A stretch of DNA of 62,096 nt, the filler included, from a bacterium (GTDB lineage: Bacteria > JALSQH01): assembly GCA_027004335.1 (NCBI GenBank). It is 9 parts of 9 records of this genome, joined end to end, with 100 filler letters (N's around TTAATTAATTAA, not from the genome) between each part and the next. Parts side by side here need not be neighbours in the genome. Positions count along the whole stretch, not along the records: positions 37,937 to 43,338 come from JALTID010000016.1; positions 43,439 to 58,759 come from JALTID010000017.1; 7 more parts are not named here. One strand, written 5' to 3'. A program made the translations under genes and the position numbers. This document shows, in pieces, positions 38,403 through 48,735 of this stretch. Under the pieces are notes generated by a model that was not told the origin of the DNA, searched no databases, and worked only from the letters and a program-made list of their open reading frames with translations. Positions within the stretch are counted from its first letter, which is position 1; every line of letters begins with the position of its first letter.

Positions 38403-40820
38403 TTAATTCCTGAGTGGCTTGTTGTACATGAGCATGTGCTGGAGTCTTTCCTGAGTTTTTTCTTCACCACAGAGACTTACGAAAGTTTCTCTCTCAAGAT
38501 CCAGCAAATGCTGTTCGCTAACCTTTGTGCCGGGAAGAACATCACCACCTGAGATGACAGCTGCGATTTTCTTCGCCATAAAGGATTCATACTCGGTTAT
38601 ATAACCACTGTAGAGGAAGTTTTTAATACCAAGAGAGATAGTAGCAATTCCCTCTCTTCCCGCAACAACAATTTCATCAAGAGGCTTGTTGGGTTTAAAT
38701 CCTTCCTTAATCATGGCAAGAACTGTCTGTTTCGCATCATAAATCAGGCTGTCACGGTTAAGGGTGATATTATCTGTGGATTTCAAATAACCAAGTCTGA
38801 AAGCATCCTTTGCACCCATGGAAACCTTTGCCTGACTTACAAGGCCAAAGGCATGGATAGCAGCCTGAACAGCATGAGCAGAAAGTTTAAGTGGATCATC
38901 TATATGAGGTTCTCCAAAAGCCCTCAGATAAACCTCTTTATTACCACCTCCACCGGGAAGCAAACCAACGCCAACCTCCACAAGACCCATATAGAGTTGA
39001 TTATCTGCCTGGGCTCTGTGGGCATGCATCGTTATCTCAGCACCACCCCCAAGGGTGAGATCGTAGGGAGCAGCAACAATGGGCTTTGGTGCATATTTCA
39101 TTCTCATGTTCACATCCTGAAATGCTTTAACAACCTGCTCAATAAGATCCCACTGCTTCTGCTGTGCAGCCATAAGGATAGCAAGAATATTTGCACCCGC
39201 ACTGAAATTCCTGCTCTGACTCCCAAGAACCACACCCTCAAGCTTATCCTCTTCAAGCATATCAACAGCTTTGTTCAGCATCTCAATAATACCATCATCA
39301 ATGGCGTTCAGCTTGGTATGAAACTCTACCAAACCAACACCATCACCTAAATCAATAAGACTTGCAGAACCATTTTCTTCTATGATCTGTTCTCTATCCT
39401 TCAGAGATTTAAGAATAATAACATTGGAAGGTACAGGAACAGGTTTATATTTGAGTGCCTTGGGATCATAGTAGAATCTCTGGCCGCCGACATCAAGGTA
39501 GAAATAGCCATAACCATTGGTAATGACCCTTTTTACCATTTTCGGGACTTCAAATCCTTCCGCTTCCATCTTCTCAATAGATTCCTTCACCCCAATAGCA
39601 TCCCATCCTTCAAAAGGGCCAAGATCCCAGTTAAATCCCCACTTCATAGCATTGTCAATATTTACAATATCATCAGCGATTTCATACAGTCTTTTAGCAG
39701 TATAGATGAGAGTGTCTCTCATCACCTTCCATGCAAATTGTCCCGCTCTATCATCAGCATAAACAAGAGCTCTTAACTTCTTGCTAACATTCTCTTCACC
39801 CTTTGTTTTTTTAATTGATTCGTAATCATATTTTTTCTTTTCTCTGTATTCAAGGGTCTTGGGATCAATTACATATTTGATCTTTTTACCCTCTTCGTTC
39901 TTTTCTTTCTTATAAAAACCGGCCTTGGCCTTATTACCTAAAAGTCCCTTATCTACCATCTGTTTTATGAAATCAGGTAATTTGAAAACATCCCTCTCAT
40001 CATCATCGGGAACATTTTCGTAGATATTTTCTACAACATGCACAAGAGTGTCAATTCCAACAAGGTCAGATGTTCCAAAGGCAGCGCTACCAGGTCTTCC
40101 CATTGGCTTTCCAACAATGGCATCAACCTCATCGATCTCATACCCATCTTTTAGCATTTGCCAGATGGTTTTCATCATTCCATAAACACCGATTCTGTTG
40201 GCAATAAAATTGGGGGTATCTTTTGCAAAAACAACACCTTTCCCAAGAACATTTGTGGCAAATTTAGCCATAAAATCTACAAGCTCAGGTTCTGTTTCTT
40301 CTCCGGCAACGATCTCAAGAAGTTTCATATACCTTGGGGGATTAAAAAAGTGGGTCACAAGAAATCTTTTCTTGAAATCATCGCCTCTACCTTCAGACAT
40401 AACTGTGATAGGAATTCCTGATGTGTTAGAAGAGATAATTGCATCAGGTTTTGCATATTTCTCAACATTTTCAAAAACCTTCTGTTTGATCTTTGGGGCT
40501 TCCACAACAACTTCAAGAATCCAATCAGCATCACTGAGATAGTCAAGATTATCCTCCATATTTCCAGGAGTTATAAGTTTCACATCTTCCTGAGTTATTT
40601 TGGGAGGAATCTTTTTCTCTTTGACGATCCTGTCGAGAGCATTCAGGGCAAACCTGTTACGCGCCTTCGGATCATTTTTTTCCTCATCAGATAGATCTGG
40701 AGGAACAATATCAAGAAGATAAACTTTAAGTCCAGCGTATGCAAGGAGTCCGGCAATATCTCCTCCCATAACTCCGGCACCAATTACTGCCACTTTGTTA
40801 ATTTTATACTTTGAAGCCAT
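38403..40820 (-). CDS. fadN: 3-hydroxyacyl-CoA dehydrogenase / enoyl-CoA hydratase fusion (FadN type)
   Basis: VIGAGVMG, SSNTSG, HFFNPPRYMKLLE, DTPNFIANRIG, WGFNW.LGPFE, FSAGAN, TLGGG.E, YMGLVEVGVGL.PGGGG, KPLRN. Confidence 0.92.
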   Translation of the reverse strand: MASKYKINKVAVIGAGVMGGDIAGLLAYAGLKVYLLDIVPPDLSDEEKNDPKARNRFALNALDRIVKEKKIPPKITQEDVKLITPGNMEDNLDYLSDADWILEVVVEAPKIKQKVFENVEKYAKPDAIISSNTSGIPITVMSEGRGDDFKKRFLVTHFFNPPRYMKLLEIVAGEETEPELVDFMAKFATNVLGKGVVFAKDTPNFIANRIGVYGMMKTIWQMLKDGYEIDEVDAIVGKPMGRPGSAAFGTSDLVGIDTLVHVVENIYENVPDDDERDVFKLPDFIKQMVDKGLLGNKAKAGFYKKEKNEEGKKIKYVIDPKTLEYREKKKYDYESIKKTKGEENVSKKLRALVYADDRAGQFAWKVMRDTLIYTAKRLYEIADDIVNIDNAMKWGFNWDLGPFEGWDAIGVKESIEKMEAEGFEVPKMVKRVITNGYGYFYLDVGGQRFYYDPKALKYKPVPVPSNVIILKSLKDREQIIEENGSASLIDLGDGVGLVEFHTKLNAIDDGIIEMLNKAVDMLEEDKLEGVVLGSQSRNFSAGANILAILMAAQQKQWDLIEQVVKAFQDVNMRMKYAPKPIVAAPYDLTLGGGAEITMHAHRAQADNQLYMGLVEVGVGLLPGGGGNKEVYLRAFGEPHIDDPLKLSAHAVQAAIHAFGLVSQAKVSMGAKDAFRLGYLKSTDNITLNRDSLIYDAKQTVLAMIKEGFKPNKPLDEIVVAGREGIATISLGIKNFLYSGYITEYESFMAKKIAAVISGGDVLPGTKVSEQHLLDLERETFVSLCGEEKTQERLQHMLMYNKPLRN

Positions 40821-40847
40821 CTTTTGCCTCCTTTACTTCAAGTTTAA

Positions 40848-42104
40848 TTATTCTATTTCAATTGCTGTGGCTATACCCATTCCGCCACCAATGCACATAG
40901 TTGCCAGACCAAGATTAAGTCCTCTTCTTCTCATTTCATAAAGAAGAGTTGTCGCAATTCTTGGACCAGAAATTCCAAGAGGGTGACCAAGAGCAATAGC
41001 ACCACCATTTACATTAATAATACCTGGGTCAATTCCCAGTTCTTTAATACTTGCAATGGACTGGGAGGCAAAAGCCTCGTTAATTTCTACTAGCTGGAAA
41101 TCCTTTATTTTAAATCCGAATCTTTTCATAAGGTCTCTTGTTGAGTAAATTGGTCCAAGACCCATAACTTCAGGCTCAAGTCCTCTAACTCCTATAGCTC
41201 TGATCTTGGCAAGCGGCTCAATACCCAGCTCTTTAGTCTTTGCATAGGACATAACCACCATTGCCTGTGCTCCCGCATTGATAGGAGAAGAATTTCCAGC
41301 AGTAACCCTTCCATTTACTCTGAAAACTGGCTTGAGTTTGGCAAGAATTTCAAGGGATGTATTTCTTCTTGGGCCCTCATCCTTATTAAGCAGTGTCCAT
41401 CCCTCTGGAACCCCTTTCTTTTCCCTGTATATTTCAACATCACCTGTAGTGGGGTTAACTATAACAGGAACAATCTCGTCATCAAATCTACCCTCATCCT
41501 GTGCTTTAATAGCTTTCATGTGACTTTCATAGGCGAACTGGTCCATAGCTTCTCTTGTTATCCCGTATTTCTCTCCATACCTGTCAATAACATTTTCAGC
41601 AGTTTCACCCATGGGAATATAAACATTAGGAATATCCTCTGGGATTTCAAATGGTTCCTCAACCTCTTCTCCAAAAAGCCTTTTCACAAACCTTATATTA
41701 GGCGTGGGTTTGTTACTCGTCATAGGAACAAGTGTCATACTTTCAGTTCCACCGACAAGAACAATGTCCAGAGCACCAGATGTGATCATACCATAAGCAT
41801 AGTGTAAACCTGTCATTGCAGAACCACACATCCTTGAATAAGTTGCAGCTGGAACTTCCTCTGGGATACCCGCAAGCAGTGCAGCAACTCTTGCCACATT
41901 CATACCCTGTTCAGCCTCAGGAAAAGCAGTCCCACCAGTGACATCATCGATCATTTTCCAGTCTTCCAACTGCGGGATCCTTTCCAGAGCTGCTTTGTAA
42001 GCAATTGCCAGCATATCATCAGAGCGTGCATTTCTTAAGAGCCCTTTCTTGGCTCCTATGGGGAGTCTTACGGCGGAAACAATTACCGCGTCTCTCTCTT
42101 TCAT
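40848..42104 (-). CDS. fadA: Acetyl-CoA C-acyltransferase (thiolase)
   Basis: RMCGS, MGETAE, VTAGNSS, EINEAFA, NVNGGAIALGHPLG, CIGGGMG. Confidence 0.93.
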   Translation of the reverse strand: MKERDAVIVSAVRLPIGAKKGLLRNARSDDMLAIAYKAALERIPQLEDWKMIDDVTGGTAFPEAEQGMNVARVAALLAGIPEEVPAATYSRMCGSAMTGLHYAYGMITSGALDIVLVGGTESMTLVPMTSNKPTPNIRFVKRLFGEEVEEPFEIPEDIPNVYIPMGETAENVIDRYGEKYGITREAMDQFAYESHMKAIKAQDEGRFDDEIVPVIVNPTTGDVEIYREKKGVPEGWTLLNKDEGPRRNTSLEILAKLKPVFRVNGRVTAGNSSPINAGAQAMVVMSYAKTKELGIEPLAKIRAIGVRGLEPEVMGLGPIYSTRDLMKRFGFKIKDFQLVEINEAFASQSIASIKELGIDPGIINVNGGAIALGHPLGISGPRIATTLLYEMRRRGLNLGLATMCIGGGMGIATAIEIE

Positions 42105-42134
42105 AGCTTCCTCCTATTTTTGTTCTTTCCTTAA

Positions 42135-42152
42135 TGAATGAATACTCATTCA
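42135..42152. promoter_or_regulatory. FadR(YsiA)-type TetR operator upstream of fadA-fadN
   Basis: Palindrome TGAATGA-ATAC-TCATTCA just downstream of the minus-strand promoter TTGACA(42188-42183)-17-TAAACT(42165-42160). Confidence 0.8.
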
Positions 42153-42589
42153 GAATGTTAGTTTAACATATATGAATATTGATGTCAAATTTACCACACA
42201 AACCGAAAATTTTTCTTACTCACATGTTATTATAAAAGATCCTGAAGAGAGTTCCTTTTAACTATATTTATTAACCACTACCAATTACAAATTCCGGAAA
42301 CTTCGCAGACAGGAAGATTCAACGAATATGTCTTATTTCTCATCTTTCCATGAAAGCTTAACCTCTGCAAGCACAAAGGAGATATAACGACATGGCCCTC
42401 TTCTGTAGGAGTCATTGATTCTTCCTATAAAATTCATTAAATTTCTCGTCATAAAAGGGAGGCCTAATGCATATAATCCGGGGCATCCAACCTGACATTT
42501 TCCAGTAAATTCTTCACTGTATTCAATTATTGTTACCAGCGACAAAGCTGATCTATCTGCTTCAGATATTAAACTGATAGATAGTGGCC

Positions 42590-43012
42590 CTACCATAATA
42601 CTTTTCTAATGTTCAGTAATTCCTCTGCACTGGATAGATTTGTTGCTATGGGAATATCATGGACATCTCAGACATCCATAAGTGCAGAAATATCTGGCTC
42701 ATGGGGCTGGGCTGTTAGAGGATCCCTTAAAAATATCACCAGATCAATCTCCCCACTGGCAACCAATCTCCCAATCTGAAGATCACCTTCCTGAGGACTG
42801 CTTAGCATTCTCTTAACATTTAAGCCTGTCTCTTTCATGACCCGTTTTCCCATTGTACCTGTTGCTACCAGCTCGAATTTTTCCAGGATCTTTTTGTTTT
42901 TTTGAGCGAAAGAAATCATTGTGCTTTTCTTAGCATCATGCGCAATAAGGGCAATTCTTCTCTTTCCCGCTGGTTTTTTTGTGGTTGTTATTTTTACACC
43001 ATGGGTTTCCAT
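42590..43012 (-). pseudogene. mgsA: Methylglyoxal synthase interrupted by an in-frame TGA at 42668-42670
   Basis: [36 protein letters not shown], then *DVHDIPIATN continues in frame to TAG 42590-42592. Confidence 0.8.
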
Positions 43013-43155
43013 AAATTTCTCCTTTTTTCCATAATTATACATCAAAAAGTTATAATTCTGTTACATGAAAGTGAAAATTAAATAGGATTAAAATCTTGCA
43101 ACTTTTTCTAATTTGATATGTTATAAATAAAAAGGCATGTTATCTGGAGGTAGAA

Positions 43156-43338
43156 ATGAAAATTTACATAAAATTCCCTACACAACAGAAAAAAGAGTTA
43201 CAAATTGTGTTATATTCACTTTTTATGTTAATTCTTTTTTTGGGCAGTTGTAAAGGAAAGGAAAACAACGGGTCAGAAACTTCCTCAAACTCCAACACCA
43301 ATGTTGAATACAATCTTTACTCTGATATTCAATATGAA
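43156..43338 (+). CDS. Lipoprotein, N-terminal fragment (3'-truncated)
   Basis: SD GGAGG; lipobox LGSC followed by an Asn/Ser-rich linker. Confidence 0.65.
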
Positions 43339-43438
43339 NNNNNNNNNNNNNNNNNNNNNNNNNNNNNNNNNNNNNNNNNNNNTTAATTAATTAANNNNNN
43401 NNNNNNNNNNNNNNNNNNNNNNNNNNNNNNNNNNNNNN

Positions 43439-44321
43439 CCAGTAATCTTCTAATAATTAAGTCTCTCACCATATTGAGATCGCTCTTTCCCGCTCTATTT
43501 TTGCTTTCAATCAGAAAAATATAATATCCATTCTGTAAGTTATAAATTTTTGATACCCGGTGAAGGGGAAGAGTTGAGATAATTCTCCACAACTGCGCAG
43601 AAACATCATCCTTTGAAAAAATATACCCATTATGTGGTACATATGGATTTTTACTACGCTCATAATGAAGAAAATCCCCTTCTGATCGTATCTTATTTCT
43701 AAAATCTTTTGCAGCAACAAAATTATCAAATATAATCATATGAGCTCTGACCCACTTTCTCTTTGTAAATTCAGTCTGATGTTTCGCGTAATACATTTCT
43801 ATTTTTTTATCATCAATCTTAATTCTGTTCCATACCCTTTCCTTCAGGAATTTTCTTATCTTAATATCTTCTTCAATTCTTCTGAGCCAATCTTTATAAC
43901 TGATCCCATATCTCAGAAAAAGCCTATTTAATTCCTCCTTAGCAACATTACCTTCTATTTTTTTTATTTCAGCCCTCAATTCCGAAGATGAAACTCTTAT
44001 TTCCTCCTGATTAACTACTTGAAGAAGAAGTTTTCTTTCAATAATCAACTGTATCACTTTTTCCCTTAATTTCTCTCTGGAAGGATCCCACAGGAAATTT
44101 AGACTCGCAGTGGATTCCTCATCCTGCCACGGATAAATTTCACCTACCTCTACCGCTACATCTTTCAGTGTAACCGGCTCGCCATTTACATACATGAGAA
44201 TATTTTTATTAAATTTCTCTCTATGGGAACAACCAGAAACAAAAAGTAGTATAAGAAAAAAAATGGAGGAACTCACTACGAGCTCCTCCATGATTGATGT
44301 TTTTCTGAGAATCATTTCCAC
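43439..44321 (-). CDS. SurA N-terminal/PpiC-like periplasmic chaperone lipoprotein (3'-truncated)
   Basis: Lipobox VSGC; VNGEPVT; LIIERKLLLQ...I.VS..E; I.D..I..YY..H..EF...VRA..I. Start uncertain (44321, 44291 or 44276). Confidence 0.8.
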
Positions 44322-45407
44322 TTACTTCTGGGGAGCAGATTTAGTTCCAGATGGTTTTTTCTGCTGTTGCTGCTTCCCTGGAGTGGCCTGCTGGGGTGCT
44401 TTCTGTTGCTGTTTTTGAGGCTGCTGAACCTTCATTGGTGGTCTGGGAGGAGTAGCGGGCCTCAAAGGAGAAGGCGCAGACTTCTGGGGACTACTCCCCT
44501 CAAGAGCATTCTTATAGACCTTTATATGATATTTTTTCACAAGCATATCCTCAAGTTGCTTCTCAGCAAGGATTCTCTTTCGTTGCTCCAGTTGCCTCTT
44601 TATCTCAGGAGCCACTTCAATAAATTCTTTCGTGTGAGAAGGAATAACTTTTTCAAGCTGAATTAAATGGTAACCAAAATTTGTTTTTACGATTTTCATC
44701 TCTCCAGGCTTTTTGAGAGAAAATGCTGCATCAATAAAATTTTTATCCATGTAATACCTCAATCTCTTCTGGCGAGTGAAAGGAGGAAGTTCACCTTTGC
44801 TGAAATTGACACTTTCATCCTGATTGTATTTTTTAAATACTTCTATCCATGGCTTTCCTCTCCTCAATTCAACGAGAGCCTTTCCAATTTTCCTTTTAGC
44901 TTTTTTCCAATCTTTTTTAGTAGCACCAGGATTTACTCTTATCATTATGTGTTTCACCTGTCTTTCTTCACCAACATTATAGGAATCTTTGTGATCTTCA
45001 TAATACTTTTTTATCTCATCATCGCTAATAGAAAATTTTTTCTTCCTCAATTCTTCCCGGAGTTTTCTTATCAAAAGATTCTCTTTAAACCTTTCTACCT
45101 GTCTCCTGATTGATGGATCTCTACCATATCCTCGTGCCTCTGCTTCCTTCACCATTGCCTTCTTAATCAGGTATCTTTTTAAATAGGTTGCCATAGCTTC
45201 GGGACGCCTTAGAAATCTTCTGTAATAAGGGGGCAGAGAATCAAGTTGCTTCTTAAATTCGCCCCAGCTTATCTCTTCACCCCCAACTTCTCCAACAATT
45301 TTCCCACCTTTTTCATGTGAAGCTTTCTTCTGACCTCCGCAACCACTGGTAAACCCAACTAAAAAAAACACAAAAATAATTAAGCCTGCTAAAACCTTCT
45401 TTTTCAT
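44322..45407 (-). CDS. PpiC/PrsA-type peptidyl-prolyl isomerase lipoprotein with Pro/Gln-rich tail
   Basis: Lipobox TSGC; EIKKYY..HK..Y; VKHIMI; F.DAAFSL; VKTNFGYHLI; tail of QQPQKQQQ type. Confidence 0.88.
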   Translation of the reverse strand: MKKKVLAGLIIFVFFLVGFTSGCGGQKKASHEKGGKIVGEVGGEEISWGEFKKQLDSLPPYYRRFLRRPEAMATYLKRYLIKKAMVKEAEARGYGRDPSIRRQVERFKENLLIRKLREELRKKKFSISDDEIKKYYEDHKDSYNVGEERQVKHIMIRVNPGATKKDWKKAKRKIGKALVELRRGKPWIEVFKKYNQDESVNFSKGELPPFTRQKRLRYYMDKNFIDAAFSLKKPGEMKIVKTNFGYHLIQLEKVIPSHTKEFIEVAPEIKRQLEQRKRILAEKQLEDMLVKKYHIKVYKNALEGSSPQKSAPSPLRPATPPRPPMKVQQPQKQQQKAPQQATPGKQQQQKKPSGTKSAPQK

Positions 45408-45988
45408 TTTTTACCTCCAACCACTTTTGATTTGTTATTAAATTCTACTCCAAATTCCTCGTTAAGCAACCCGAGAAGATCTATTTTTATTTTTTCCTTT
45501 ACCTGTCCCCTGTTATTCATATTTATATAATAAGTCTGTATATCATCTCTATCAAGAACTTTTTCCAGCCATTCGTCACTTTTTATCATAACAGTAGCAA
45601 GAAGAGGATAGCGAGAAGCAAGGGATTTTTCCACAGTACTTTTAAATTTTTCTGAAAAAAGCTCCATTTTGCCAATTTCGTCAATTACGATGATTTTGAG
45701 ATCATTGTCTCTCAGGCATCTCTCAACCTCAGACACTCCCACCGTTTCCAGAACATCAACTTCCACCCCATATTTTGAAATCCTTAAATCAGATTCTGAA
45801 TCCACATGGGCAAATATACCTCTTTCACCCTTTAAGTTATTTATCACAAAACCCACTCTCTTATCTTCTCTTAAAAGCTCGCTGGTGTAAAAACCGCAGA
45901 AGGGAATATCCAGCTCCTTTACTATATCCATAATAAGCGTTGTTTTCCCGCTCCTCGGTTTCCCCGTTACAAGGAGATTCCTTTTCAT
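45404..45988 (-). CDS. NTPase, THEP1/NTPase_1 family
   Basis: VTGKPRSGKTT, GFYT.E...RVGF, KYGV, IVIDEIGKMEL. Confidence 0.9.
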   Translation of the reverse strand: MKRNLLVTGKPRSGKTTLIMDIVKELDIPFCGFYTSELLREDKRVGFVINNLKGERGIFAHVDSESDLRISKYGVEVDVLETVGVSEVERCLRDNDLKIIVIDEIGKMELFSEKFKSTVEKSLASRYPLLATVMIKSDEWLEKVLDRDDIQTYYINMNNRGQVKEKIKIDLLGLLNEEFGVEFNNKSKVVGGKK

Positions 45989-46093
45989 CTTTTAATTTGA
46001 CAAAACCGTTTTAAAATAGTTCCTGCATTATCAGTGCCTTTTAACTATAGAATTTTTCAGATTTAGAGAACATCTGGTACAATAACACAGAAG

Positions 46094-46765
46094 ATGGTAG
46101 AAGAAAAATTAGAATTTTCTTCCAGAAGCCTGTGGAAGGTTTTTTTCCTTCTTATTCTTTATATTGTGGGGGGTGGTGTAATTGGAGGAGGAATCGGTTA
46201 TTTCCTTTACCTCCTGTTAATCAAAATTTCCCTTCTGTCTTCATACTGGTGGTCTGCCTATTTTATTCCTCTTTTCTTCCTATCTGGCTTAGCAGGAGGA
46301 GTAATTATTGGTGCTACGGAAATAATCAAATATCTTGCCATTGAAACAGGAATTGTTCCAGCCATTGTATCAACAATCTCAGGATTTATGTTTCAGGGAA
46401 TAGATAAGGTTGGAGATTCAGAAAAACTCACATCCTCAGTGTTCAGTGCCATTGATTCACAGATAAAAAAATTGCAGATTAAAGCTGAAACCATAAGAAA
46501 AGGGAGAGGCTTTTTTATCACAAGGTTTCTAAGATATAAAACTTACACCATTATTTCAAAAGCTCTTCTTGCACTTTTAGAATCTCCAGAAATAAAGCAG
46601 GAAGAATTTACCAGCAGGGAAAGGGCAATCAGGATAATAAAAAAAGGAATTATTTTTTATATGGAAGAAGCAATAGATGAAATCCTGAACACTCCCTTCA
46701 TAATCTGGGTCATTGCGAACTTGATACTTATCATAATTCCAGTTATAATTGGATTAATCTTCTAA
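46094..46765 (+). CDS. Hypothetical membrane protein
   Basis: 3-4 hydrophobic segments; same orientation as the panE-like gene 15 nt downstream. Confidence 0.7.
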   Translation: MVEEKLEFSSRSLWKVFFLLILYIVGGGVIGGGIGYFLYLLLIKISLLSSYWWSAYFIPLFFLSGLAGGVIIGATEIIKYLAIETGIVPAIVSTISGFMFQGIDKVGDSEKLTSSVFSAIDSQIKKLQIKAETIRKGRGFFITRFLRYKTYTIISKALLALLESPEIKQEEFTSRERAIRIIKKGIIFYMEEAIDEILNTPFIIWVIANLILIIIPVIIGLIF

Positions 46766-46780
46766 AAGAGGAGGTTAGTT

Positions 46781-47815
46781 ATGTCTTCGGTAGCTGTTGC
46801 TGGTTGTGGAGCTATTGGCGGGATTATTGGTGGCTTCATCTGGAACAAAATTGATACAGTGATGATCTGTAAAAATCCTGAAATCACTCAGGCTATCAGG
46901 ACTCACGGTCTCTATGTAAAGGGGGCAAGGGGAAATTGGAGATTCAATCCACGAGCATATGCAAATTTTTCTGACCAGAGAGACAAATTTGACATCATTC
47001 TTTTAACTATGAAGGCAACAGCCTTAAAGGACGCAGTAAAAGATGCTCAAAATTACCTTAAACCGGATGGCTTCATGGTAACTTTTCAAAATGGAGTGGT
47101 GGAAGATCAGATAACAGATGTAATATCTCCTGAAAAAATTGTTGGAGGTATAGTAGGATTTGGAGGCACAATGCATTCCCCTGGTGTAGTTGAAATGACT
47201 TCAAAAGGAGAATTAATATTAGGTGAATTAAATGGAGAAATCACGGAGAGAGGTAAAGAGCTCCAGAAGATTCTAAACTATGTAACCCCAACCAGAGTTA
47301 CAGATAACATCTGGGGGGCGAAATATTCCAAGGTTCTTGTAAACGCCTGCATTACCACCATGGGAGCTGTTTCAGGCCTCTACCTTGGAGAAATGTTGAA
47401 GAGAAGAGAGTTCAGAAAAATCTTTGGAGAAATTCTCTACGAAGGAGTGAAAGTAGCAGGTGCTAAGGGGTTAAAACTGGAAAAGATTTCAGGAGCTCCA
47501 ATTTACAAATTTGCCCCGTCAGAGAAAGACAGAGAAGGAAAACTCACCATCAGTGGAAGGTTCAAGGATCTTCTCATAAAAATTGTTGGGATGAGATTTC
47601 GCAGGCTTAAATCTTCAAGCCTTCAGAGCTTAGAAAGAGGAAGAAAAACAGAGGTAGATTTCATAAATGGCACTATCGAAAGATACGGCAGAGAAGTCGG
47701 AGTTCCTACCCCTGTGAATGAGAGAATAATAAAAATTGTTCACGAAATAGAAGATGGGGTAAGAAGCATATCTCCGGAGAATCTGAATGAGCTTCTTCCC
47801 TTAATTAGATATTGA
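46781..47815 (+). CDS. panE: Ketopantoate reductase (PanE/ApbA) family protein
   Basis: VAGCGAIGG, QNG, K...N, SSLQSL..GRKTEVDFING, TPVN. Confidence 0.8.
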   Translation: MSSVAVAGCGAIGGIIGGFIWNKIDTVMICKNPEITQAIRTHGLYVKGARGNWRFNPRAYANFSDQRDKFDIILLTMKATALKDAVKDAQNYLKPDGFMVTFQNGVVEDQITDVISPEKIVGGIVGFGGTMHSPGVVEMTSKGELILGELNGEITERGKELQKILNYVTPTRVTDNIWGAKYSKVLVNACITTMGAVSGLYLGEMLKRREFRKIFGEILYEGVKVAGAKGLKLEKISGAPIYKFAPSEKDREGKLTISGRFKDLLIKIVGMRFRRLKSSSLQSLERGRKTEVDFINGTIERYGREVGVPTPVNERIIKIVHEIEDGVRSISPENLNELLPLIRY

Positions 47816-47817
47816 GA

Positions 47818-48735
47818 ATGGGAAAAATTCTTTTCGCAGGAGCCACAGGTTTCTTAGGCTCATATCTTCTCCCGCACATTCTGGAATTGGGTGAAGTTAC
47901 AATCATAACACGCTCAAAAGAAAAAGCCCTTAAAAAAGTGAAGGATCTTCCTGTAAAAATAATTGAAGGAGACTTAACCAATGAGGATTACTGGATGGAA
48001 GGAATTAAGCAGGAGAATTGGGACATTGTGATAAACCTTGTAGGCGAAAATCTCTTTGGAAGATGGACAGCATCTAAAAGAAAGAAAATATATGAATCCA
48101 GGGTAAAAGGAACAGAAAATCTTATTAAAGCACTACCTGACCTTACTCCTCTGCTTATAAATGCCTCAGCAATGGGGATTTACGGACATGGAGAGGAGAG
48201 ATTGCTCAGTGAAGAATCACTTCCCGCTGAAGATGATCTCGCTTTAATAGTAGAAGAATGGGAAAGGGTTGCCGAAGATGGAAGGAGAAAAATAAACAGA
48301 GTAGTAGAGTTAAGAACAGGAATTGTAATCGCCAAGGATGCAATTATGATAAAAAATCTTTCAAGAGCTCTTAAATTTTTTGTGGGGGGATATCCAGGCA
48401 AAGGAAAGAATTTTATTTCATGGATACATATTCAGGACTATATAAGAAGCATTCTCTTCATAATAAAAAAAATAGAAATAGGGGGACCAGTAAATCTAAC
48501 TGCCCCTGAACCTGTTCCTTTTAAAAAGTTTTGCAAGGAAATGGGGAGAATCCTCCACAGGCCCTGCTGGTTACCTATCCCAGTTCCATTAATAAGAGTA
48601 GCCTTGGGAGATCTGGCGATATTTCTCACCTTCAGCCAGAGAGCCATACCGGCAAAACTTATTGAACAAGACTTTGAATTTAAATTCCCCAATCTTACAG
48701 AGGCATTAAAAGAAATTCTTCAGGGAGGAAGATAA
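47818..48735 (+). CDS. TIGR01777/YfcH-family NAD(P)-binding epimerase-like protein
   Basis: GATGFLG, INLVGE, RWT...K..I..SR, ASA.G.YG, RTGIV, SWIHI.D, GPVNLTAP. Confidence 0.88.
   Translation: MGKILFAGATGFLGSYLLPHILELGEVTIITRSKEKALKKVKDLPVKIIEGDLTNEDYWMEGIKQENWDIVINLVGENLFGRWTASKRKKIYESRVKGTENLIKALPDLTPLLINASAMGIYGHGEERLLSEESLPAEDDLALIVEEWERVAEDGRRKINRVVELRTGIVIAKDAIMIKNLSRALKFFVGGYPGKGKNFISWIHIQDYIRSILFIIKKIEIGGPVNLTAPEPVPFKKFCKEMGRILHRPCWLPIPVPLIRVALGDLAIFLTFSQRAIPAKLIEQDFEFKFPNLTEALKEILQGGR

Noticed and set aside
42333-42596. 87-aa ORF downstream of mgsA
   Set aside because: No recognisable motif or SD; probably spurious or a degraded remnant.
44330-44500. CAG/CAA-rich low-complexity stretch as a tandem repeat locus
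   Set aside because: It simply encodes the Pro/Gln-rich disordered tail of the PpiC lipoprotein.
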